Shown here: positions 11,086-18,176 of the stretch, piece by piece
Position numbering within the stretch: the stretch's first letter is position 1
Layout: the number at the start of each line of letters is the position of its first letter
Assembly (NCBI GenBank): GCA_000092065.1
Contig: CP000598.1
From: Ostreococcus lucimarinus
Lineage: Eukaryota
DNA: 64,000 nt
Reading direction: 5' to 3' (one strand)
Notes under the pieces: model-generated
What the model saw: only the letters and a program-made list of their open reading frames with translations
The model's database searches: none
What the model was told of the DNA's origin: nothing
Made by a program: the position numbers and the translations under genes

Positions 11086-11150
11086 ATCCAAACCATGGTC
11101 TTTTCGGTGTCTTGTTGAGTCTTCATATTGCAAATGTACGAATCACAAAA

Positions 11151-11669
11151 TTAGTATGAACACCAGACGACCGCCGGCGCGAGCTCCGTCTCCCCCGTGT
11201 ACCCATTGTTCTTCAGCCACTCGAAGCACCCGTCGCGGTCAATTTCCCAATAGACGCCCTTCTCGTCCCTACCTTGCCTCAGGTGGTCCTCTTCCATTGG
11301 GATCCTGTGGCCCTTTTCCTTCTTGAAGAAGTCCTTGAGCTTATTGCCGACCTTCGTCGCGCTATCTTGTCCACGCGCAGCCGCTGGCAACCACGTCTGG
11401 TATTCGATGAAGATGTCACTGTTGCGGATTTTATTTCCAACCCACTTCTCAGGGAATTCAACAGTGACGCAATGCTCAAACCATCGAGTGAACTTGGGCA
11501 TGCAGCCACGCTTCATTTCCGAATACGCGTCGGTCGTAGGTCTCGTGCGCTCCACATGATAACCGGTACGGAGAAGTTTATATTTATTAATTAAAGACTC
11601 GCGCGTGTTGGCGCTAAATGATTTTATTGCTGCCGAGAGACTCAAGTTTGGCCGTCGTTTGAGTCGCAT
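11151..11669 (-). CDS. Hypothetical protein (copy 1); weak resemblance to the C-terminal region of D5/P4-type primase-helicases
   Basis: The track ORF 11151..11726 starts at TTG; the first ATG is at 11669 (MRLKRRPNLSL..). The segment FTRWFEHCV..IFIEYQTWL..KVGNKLKDFFKK..GVYWEIDRDGCFEWLKNNGY is the basis for the tentative similarity. Function is unverified. Confidence 0.45.
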   Translation of the reverse strand: MRLKRRPNLSLSAAIKSFSANTRESLINKYKLLRTGYHVERTRPTTDAYSEMKRGCMPKFTRWFEHCVTVEFPEKWVGNKIRNSDIFIEYQTWLPAAARGQDSATKVGNKLKDFFKKEKGHRIPMEEDHLRQGRDEKGVYWEIDRDGCFEWLKNNGYTGETELAPAVVWCSY

Positions 11670-11746
11670 CGATGGGTCGCGCCCGCCGATATAACGCCGG
11701 CGTTTCGGACACGATCTTGAAAACAAGCACTGGTTGACTTGATTGA

Positions 11747-14272
11747 TTAGGAAACCTTATCCGTGCCTTTTACGCTGAGCCCGGTCATGGACGGCTTCGT
11801 CGGCATGGTGAACGCGGTGTAGTCCGCCGCCGTGGGCACCGTGATGCTCGTGTCGTACGACATCCCGGAGCACGCCGACGCATCGGCGGGAGCAAGCATT
11901 TCGACACCACTTTCGAGTTTCAAGACGTACCGGTCGCCAGTCGATGGTTGTTTGAACGTGGTGCCATCGGGGATCAGGACATCCGGACGGCGATGGTAAC
12001 CATTGTTGTCGTCGCACTCCTCGTTGCCATACTGGTCGACCTCGGGCGCCGCGCGCGAACCAGTCATCGGATTGAAGCAAATGAACGGCGCGTCGCCCAA
12101 CCAACCGCCTTCGTAACGCACGTTGAGATTCACCCCGGAGTAGTCGGTACCGGATGGAGAGCGCAGCAACACGGCGTCCGTGGGTATCTTGCCTTGAAGC
12201 TGGAGAGGCGCATCCATGAACTTCTTTGACGCGGAGTCCGAAGGATCTTCGAGCCACGCCATGCCCTCCCAATTGCTTGAGCTCCACTCGTAGTGCACAT
12301 CCAATTTGTTGGGTTCCTCGCAAACGTCGGTAGTGGCGGTGCAACTCAAAGTGTCGAGGTTCGCAGGTGTAGCTTCGAAGAGAACCATATGAACTTCTCC
12401 CGAGTCAAAGAATGAGTTGGTTGGGTCCATTACGACTTCAGCGCCGAGGGTGCCGGAAACGTCTTCCTTCAACGAGCCGGTATCTTTGTCGAAGACGTAC
12501 TTTTTATAAGTGCTTCGAGCGTCGTTGTATCCGTTCGGCGAGCCGTAGAACTGGCTGTCGTGACTGCTCGCACTCGATAGCTTCGTCTGGTCGATACACC
12601 GCTCGCCGCACGTGAGTGCGAGGTGGCTGCTGAGCGACCCAGGGGGGACGGTTTGCGCGTCAGACACTTTGAAGTGCGTCAGGTTAAGCAAACTCGCAGA
12701 GCCTCGGCCGAAGATGCTTCCCCAGCAGCGTATGATTTGGTTGTCAATGTCAGCCATCGTGAGCGCACGCGGAGTCGTGATTGAGTTCGTGTTCAGCGAT
12801 CCACCGTTCCAAGTTCGCTTCGACGACAACACGAGTGCGTTCGCGTCGGAGTCATACCTGAACTTGACCTCAACTTCTGCAGCGTTAGTGTCATCCCAGA
12901 ACCAGCCTGTGATCGTCGCCCCTTGGTAGTCGCTTGCGCTTCGCACCGTCGCCGTGAACTTGTACAACACCCCGCGTGAGACTTTGAGCCTCTTGTTCAC
13001 GTTCAGTATCGGATCATCCCAATCGACAATTTCCTCTACTACGTTCCCGTCGGTGAACGCGGTTTGAGCGATAGTCTTCTCGGCGGTACTGAGCGCGGTG
13101 TCGGAAATGTAGTCGTAATCGGAAATGTAGAGATTGCCCGGATAGTGCAGATCAGCATTATACGTCTTGCCGTCGCTGCCTGTAGCCTGAAGATGCACGT
13201 AGCTTTGAAGGTTCACCTTCGCCCCGTTGCTGTCGTACGCGCCGTAGCGCTCACCGAAGAACGATCTGTTCTCGAGTTCATCGCAGAATGACTGCCCGTA
13301 CGCCTTCGTCTTGACGAGCGTAGCGGTAGTCACCAATTGACCCGCTTGTGTCGAACCATTATCAAAGTCGATGGTCTGGAAAGAGGCCTTCGTGATGTCG
13401 TTTTCTGCGCGCGATTTAGCACCCGCGGTGAATGAATTGCTGCCTCGTGTCACCTCTTCCCACCACGTGACCCCGGTCGCCGTGCAATCCGAATCCGCGT
13501 CGGTGGTTTCGCACTCGCGACGAACCACACCTTTGATGCGTTGGGACGCGGTCGAGCCAGTCGGCGATTGGTACGTAAAGGTAAAGTTTTTCACCAAGAT
13601 TTTGTCAGACTTGATGGCGACGTCATCGCGCTTGACGATCATTTCCGTGTCGATGTTCGGCATTTCTGGGGTATCGCTGAGGGCTACCCAGACGTTCGTC
13701 TTGAAATCACGGGTATCGCTCGCGTCGTCGATGTCTGGGCCCGTGGCGTTGACGACCCAACGGTACGTAACCTTACCCTTGATTCGGTCGCCGTCGCTGT
13801 TGTCACAGTGGAAAGGATCGATCTCAGCGATGTATGGGCCAGTGTTCAGGTTCGCCGTCCAGTTCACCGAGGCGACGTAGCAAAGAACCATGTTTGGTAT
13901 CTGGAAAATTTCGGTACTTACAGCGTCGACGAACGTCTCCGCCGGCGGCGCCGTGGCGTAGTCGGACGTCGAAGAGAACGAAGACACTTCGAGAGGCGTC
14001 ACCTCGACGAGCGAACGACCATCGATTCGAGACGAACCAGAAGACGTCGTCGAAACACCCTCTGACGGGATCATGGTGACTTTACGCGGCGTCAACGCCG
14101 CCTTGAGCGCGTTCGTCTTCGCCGCGCCCGACAGCCCGCTGACGGTGGTCGGGGTCGGGGCCGGGGCCGGGGTCGCGTCGTCATCCCTGAGCCCGATGCC
14201 GAGGCCGGTGCCAAGGGCGACCACCACGGCGGCGACACCAACGATCGCGATCGCAACGCCACGTCTCACCAT
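11747..14272 (-). CDS. 841-aa membrane-anchored protein with a large Cys-containing extracellular-type domain, unknown family (copy 1)
   Basis: ATG verified. N-terminal anchor MVRRGVAIAIVGVAAVVVALGTGLGIGL, a PAPAPTPTT linker, then a long uninterrupted ORF with a non-repetitive, protein-like sequence. Confidence 0.75.
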   Translation of the reverse strand: MVRRGVAIAIVGVAAVVVALGTGLGIGLRDDDATPAPAPTPTTVSGLSGAAKTNALKAALTPRKVTMIPSEGVSTTSSGSSRIDGRSLVEVTPLEVSSFSSTSDYATAPPAETFVDAVSTEIFQIPNMVLCYVASVNWTANLNTGPYIAEIDPFHCDNSDGDRIKGKVTYRWVVNATGPDIDDASDTRDFKTNVWVALSDTPEMPNIDTEMIVKRDDVAIKSDKILVKNFTFTYQSPTGSTASQRIKGVVRRECETTDADSDCTATGVTWWEEVTRGSNSFTAGAKSRAENDITKASFQTIDFDNGSTQAGQLVTTATLVKTKAYGQSFCDELENRSFFGERYGAYDSNGAKVNLQSYVHLQATGSDGKTYNADLHYPGNLYISDYDYISDTALSTAEKTIAQTAFTDGNVVEEIVDWDDPILNVNKRLKVSRGVLYKFTATVRSASDYQGATITGWFWDDTNAAEVEVKFRYDSDANALVLSSKRTWNGGSLNTNSITTPRALTMADIDNQIIRCWGSIFGRGSASLLNLTHFKVSDAQTVPPGSLSSHLALTCGERCIDQTKLSSASSHDSQFYGSPNGYNDARSTYKKYVFDKDTGSLKEDVSGTLGAEVVMDPTNSFFDSGEVHMVLFEATPANLDTLSCTATTDVCEEPNKLDVHYEWSSSNWEGMAWLEDPSDSASKKFMDAPLQLQGKIPTDAVLLRSPSGTDYSGVNLNVRYEGGWLGDAPFICFNPMTGSRAAPEVDQYGNEECDDNNGYHRRPDVLIPDGTTFKQPSTGDRYVLKLESGVEMLAPADASACSGMSYDTSITVPTAADYTAFTMPTKPSMTGLSVKGTDKVS

Positions 14273-14409
14273 CGTCGCGCGTTGAAATGCGGCGACGACA
14301 AGTGGCGACGGTGACGCGATCTGCCCGCACGCAATTCAATTCCTTCGGGTCACCTTATCTTTTGGAGCCCCCGGAAACGCGACTGTTTACCAATACGATG
14401 GTTCCCGGG

Positions 14410-14685
14410 TATTGATTACTGGGCCTGTTGGCGCCCCGCGGGTGTGTGTGTGCCAGCCCGTAGGGTTTAAGGTTTAGGATCCGAAATATGGAGCCTCGCT
14501 ATTAAGCCGGGGATCCTCCGCGGGCACGCGCCCCCGCGGGCGTGTGTGTTTTCGCGGTCGGTCGGACGGGAAGCCTGTTGGCGCCCCACGGGTTTGTGTG
14601 TCGGTCCTTAGCGTTTGGGGTTTAGTATCGGACATACGGAGCCTCACTATTTAGCGGTATGACCACATATATTAATTGATTTATA
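14410..14685. repeat. Degenerate telomere-like / subtelomere-like block (1.5 units); related block at 17466-17640
   Basis: Shared unit: ggggatcctccgc..ccgcgggcgtgtg..ttcgcggtcggtcggacg..ccgttggcgccccgcgggtttgtgtg..agggtttag.ggttaggatcggacatatggagcctcactatttagc. Confidence 0.8.
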
Positions 14686-14759
14686 CCATTCATCCCGCGC
14701 ATAAAATCGGGTAGATTACTGTACAGTAATCTACCCGACTTTATGCGCGGGATGAATGG
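14686..14759. repeat. 74-bp near-perfect palindrome (36 of 37 arm positions pair)
   Basis: ccattcatcccgcgcataaaatcgggtagattactgta|tacagtaatctacccgactttatgcgcgggatgaatgg; centre ctgtacag. Weaker arm similarity extends about 25 bp on each side. Confidence 0.9.
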
Positions 14760-14936
14760 CATAAATCCCATAGTATATGGGGACCGGACCGGCGGGACGT
14801 GTGATTTTTTACCGTAGGGGTCATGATTGGTCGTTCGGGGGTACTCGTATGAAATAATGAAACACCATACTTTTATTTACATTTTGGTTTATTAAAAAAA
14901 CCCGTACGTGCATTTACTACAGAATTGACCACTTTT

Positions 14937-15065
14937 CGCGCGGGTTTCACCAGAAAGCTTCAAAAATCGTGCCTTTTCTAAAACTCAATTTTCGCTAGGG
15001 TTTAGCGCCCCCGGTTTTCCGAGGATGCGGGCAGATCTCGCCGTCGGCGCCACTCGTCGACGACC
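14937..15065 (+). promoter_or_regulatory. Telo-box 5' module, copy B
   Basis: AGGGTTTAG at 14997-15005, gccactcgtcgacg at 15049-15062, upstream ATG at 15025, main ATG at 15066 in the context gaccATGG. Confidence 0.6.
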
Positions 15066-16181
15066 ATGGCCTCCCCGTCGCTCGATGCCGTGCGTTGGAG
15101 CGAATACCGGGCGCTCATGCAAGCGTGGGAAGCGTTTAACCCACACAGGGAGCTCCTGCGTCGGTTTTTACAGAAGCAATCGCACACGGAGCAGTGCCCA
15201 CCCGGCGTCCCGTACGTACCAGATCTGCCGGAGCCGGAGTACTTCGCCGTGAAGAGACGAATCGAGGCCGGGGAAACCGTTCCATGTCCTGGATTCTTAC
15301 GCGAACGCGACAACCGGCGCAATCAATGCCGCTGCGGGGCTCCACTCAGAGTTGATGACACTGGCAATATCTCCTGCACTTCCAAAATTCCCCGTCATGA
15401 GAACTATGGTCCTGTACCTCGTTGCTGTTGCTGGGCCGAAGAAGAGCACGCTCGTAACCAACGACATGACATGCCGCCGTATATTTTAAGGCCGCCACCC
15501 ATAGTGTCCCCCCCTCAAGTACCACCGTCGTCTCAAGTGCTCTTGAGCTTTTTGGAGGGGGTCAGGCCAAGCATGAACGCCAACTACCTGCGATGCGTTC
15601 AAGACATAGACGAAGAGCTCGCTCGTCTGAATGAGCAGCTTGCGGACAACAGCATTTCAACGACGAGGCGTGAAGCGATTCAACAGCATATAGTGAGCGA
15701 ACGCTCCAAACTTGAGGCCAAAGACACACAGTTACAAGATTTTTTTAACACGACGACCGCACTGGCAGAATCCGTGCACACGTTCGAGCACAGAGTGGCA
15801 GAGAAATACCAGAAAGCTGTGGATGCATACATTAAAGCGCAACTGGATGAAGTGGTCGTACCTCCGGATAGTAGAGGGAATCCAAAGTTTAAGGACTCAG
15901 TCGATGGCATCGACAGAGAGTTGGCCAAGTTAGAATCAGAAAATGGAGGCATCTCCAACGACAGCGCTCGCGCTCGCGTCGCCTCCAAACGTAAGAGCGT
16001 GGAAGAGTGTGAATCAGAGCACAAGCGCCTCAAAACCACTTCGGTTGAGTACAACTTGTCTATTTTGAAAGGGAGTTTGGAAAAAGACAAATCTATGTCT
16101 GCTGAAGACAAAAGACGCTGGGAATGCGTCATAAACGCCGTCGGGTTGTTACGAGCAAACGATGCACCAAGAACGCCGTAG
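15066..16181 (+). CDS. Coiled-coil protein of unknown function, paralogue of 18177..19220
   Basis: ATG verified. Shared block NYLRCVQDIDEELARLNEQLADNSISTTRREAIQQHIVSERSKLEAKDTQL versus NYLRTVERIDKNIQVLEAQLQDENISETRRSVIPQHIEDTRAKLKEQDNSL. Confidence 0.7.
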   Translation: MASPSLDAVRWSEYRALMQAWEAFNPHRELLRRFLQKQSHTEQCPPGVPYVPDLPEPEYFAVKRRIEAGETVPCPGFLRERDNRRNQCRCGAPLRVDDTGNISCTSKIPRHENYGPVPRCCCWAEEEHARNQRHDMPPYILRPPPIVSPPQVPPSSQVLLSFLEGVRPSMNANYLRCVQDIDEELARLNEQLADNSISTTRREAIQQHIVSERSKLEAKDTQLQDFFNTTTALAESVHTFEHRVAEKYQKAVDAYIKAQLDEVVVPPDSRGNPKFKDSVDGIDRELAKLESENGGISNDSARARVASKRKSVEECESEHKRLKTTSVEYNLSILKGSLEKDKSMSAEDKRRWECVINAVGLLRANDAPRTP

Positions 16182-16186
16182 CAACA

Positions 16187-16245
16187 GTATGGGCAAACAG
16201 TTAGGCGTTCTCCATGGCCTCCATTCGCGCGACCAGAGCGTTGAC
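16187..16245. repeat. 58-bp junction module, second copy at 20768-20825
   Basis: gtatgggcaaacagttag...ttctcca..gcctccattcgcgcgaccagagcgttga. It lies 5 nt after the TAG of 15066..16181 here, but inside the ORF at 20768. Confidence 0.8.
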
Positions 16246-16395
16246 GCGCTCTTCGAGTTCGTCGATGCGGCGTTGTTTAGCGTCGTTCGCGCTCTCTACA
16301 TCGGCGCGACATAGAATAACGATAATCTATATCTGCTATATCTGCTTAATATTCTGCTTAAGATTTCGGCACCCTCGCTTAAGATCTCTTCAGAA

Positions 16396-16703
16396 TGGAA
16401 TCTCTGAATGCAAGGCGTGGATGTACATTAAACCATGAACGGACCACGGTTCGATTTTTTTTATTACAAGTGTAGGTCTACTTTTACGTTTGGTGGACTC
16501 CGCTTGAGTCGGCCGATGTCACCGTGTCAGGTGTTCAGAGTGCACTAGAGACGTGACCGCCGATACACAGGGCGTCGAGCTCGGCGTGCCTGATTTCACG
16601 ACTCGGCGACCATGATTTGAAACCGAAATGACCATCGGCTTCAGGCCCAGGCGCGGCCGCAATGCTACTTTAAACTTAATATTTTTTTTTTGAAAAAAGA
16701 GTA
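16396..16703. mobile_element. Second copy of the 9704-10020 element core
   Basis: It starts immediately after cttaagatctcttcagaa (16378-16395), the same sequence as the flanking repeat at 9688-9703. It is collinear up to the T-run/A-run gaaaaaagagta, and no matching right-hand repeat is seen. Confidence 0.6.
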
Positions 16704-16756
16704 CTATAGTACTTTTGGTGTTTAAACGTGTTCGTGATATGATTGATAGTCCGTGA

Positions 16757-17407
16757 TTATACGTCGACTTTTGCGGGCGCCTGTTGGACGTAGATGACTT
16801 GCGGCTGCTGCGGCCGCGTCGCCACGGCGGTGGCGATGAGCTGGTCGCGTCGGTACGCGAAGCACCCGCACCGCCCACAGTAGCAGCACGAGACGATGAG
16901 CAACGTCAGGCCGACGACGGTACCAATGATGATGCCCGCGATCGCGCCACCGTCTGGTTTACAGCAGTCGTCACCGCAGCATACGTTTTGGCCGCCCGTG
17001 TACATACTGCACCATTTACCGCCTTTTTTGTGGAGTGGTGGGCACCCGTGGGCGCCGTCCCAGCATTTGGCTCCATTGGCAACTTCCGTGGCGATTTCTG
17101 TTCCACACGAGGTGTAACTGGAAATTGTGTCCGTACACTTGGACGGGCACGATTGGTCGATCGAGTTGCCATACGGTGGCGGTCCCGCGCTGCACCCGAA
17201 ACAGTCTGAGCACACACCGACCGTCACGCCGTTGTAGGTCCCGGTGTTGTAACAGAACTCTTCGCTCGATGCCCAGGGGTTCGCGCTCGCGTAGCCGCTC
17301 GAAACAACGCAGTCGGTGTGGGTTGAACACGTGTCGCCCGCGTCCGCGCGCGCGGTGTGCGCGACGGCGAGGCCGAAAACGAACGGTACGAGGAGGTTCT
17401 TAAACAT
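16757..17407 (-). CDS. Cys-rich type I membrane protein (signal peptide, Cys-rich ectodomain, one TM helix, short tail)
   Basis: ATG at 17407 gives MFKNLLVPFVFGLAVAHTARA. Many Cys residues (CCGDDCC). TM helix AIAGIIIGTVVGLTLLIVSCCYC. The track ORF extends to 17464 from a non-ATG start. Confidence 0.6.
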   Translation of the reverse strand: MFKNLLVPFVFGLAVAHTARADAGDTCSTHTDCVVSSGYASANPWASSEEFCYNTGTYNGVTVGVCSDCFGCSAGPPPYGNSIDQSCPSKCTDTISSYTSCGTEIATEVANGAKCWDGAHGCPPLHKKGGKWCSMYTGGQNVCCGDDCCKPDGGAIAGIIIGTVVGLTLLIVSCCYCGRCGCFAYRRDQLIATAVATRPQQPQVIYVQQAPAKVDV

Positions 17408-17465
17408 CTTTGGCGTGGGTTTATCTCGCAAAAGGATTTCAGCGAGGCTTGAGGTGCGCCGCAAA

Positions 17466-17640
17466 GTGAGGCCCGGAGATCCGGGGATCCTCCGCAGCCC
17501 CGCGGGCGTGTGCCTGGCGTGTGCCCTTCGCGGTCGGTCGGACGAGGGGCCCGTTGGCGCCCCGCGGGTTTGTGTGCCAGCCCCAGGGTTTAGGGGTTAG
17601 GATCGGACATATGGAACCTCACTAATTAGCCGCATGACCT
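17466..17640. repeat. Degenerate telomere-like block, homologous to 14515-14685
   Basis: See 14410-14685. Contains cagccccagggtttaggggttaggatcggacatatggaacctcactaattagc. Confidence 0.8.
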
Positions 17641-17838
17641 CATACATTAAGTTATTTATATCTAGTCATCGCGCGAAATGGCGTGGGTAAATTACCGTAC
17701 TAGGGTTTCCGTAAATAAAATACGTACCGAAAATAATGAATTAATTTACACGGGCGTGCCACGACGTCGTCGCACGCGCTCGTGAAAATTTGGTTGACGG
17801 CTTGGATTCGAGATTTTGGGGAGGTAAAATTCGGCCAA

Positions 17839-17880
17839 ATCCCGCGCATATATTACTGTACAGTAATCAAAGCGCGGGAT
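17839..17880. repeat. 42-bp palindrome related to 14686-14759
   Basis: atcccgcgcatatattactgta|cagtaatcaaagcgcgggat; same ctgtacag centre and same atcccgcgc/gcgcgggat arm ends. Confidence 0.85.
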
Positions 17881-18009
17881 GTGGCCAAAGTCTTTGGGTC
17901 ACAGCCCCTCACTTTGGGGGCTGCAGTGACGGGATGTGGGAATTTTACCGTATGGGTCGTGACTCGTCGTTGGGGGTACTACTATGAAATCCCATAATTC
18001 TATTGTACA

Positions 18010-18176
18010 TAGGGTTTAGAAATTAGGGTTTAGACGTCAAAAATCGCTCGGGTTCCATCAGAAACGTGTCAAAAACGGGCCTTTTCTGAAACTCGATTTT
18101 TGCTAGGGTTTAGCGCCCCCGGTTTTCCGAGGATGCGGGCAGAGCTCGCCGTCGGAGCCACTCGTCGCCGCACACG
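18010..18176 (+). promoter_or_regulatory. Telo-box 5' module, copy C
   Basis: tagggtttagaaattagggtttagac at 18010-18035, core with AGGGTTTAG at 18105-18113, and a 15-codon uORF (18133-18180) whose TGA overlaps the main ATG (ATGA). Confidence 0.6.

Larger units (their letters stand above)
10191..14406. repeat. Segmental duplication, copy 1 (copy 2 at 22125-26353)
   Basis: Offsets of matching ORFs are 11934 to 11948 bp. The three ORFs and the intergenic sequence are collinear. The right edge is sharp: gttccc|gggtatt versus gttccc|ttttttc. Confidence 0.95.
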
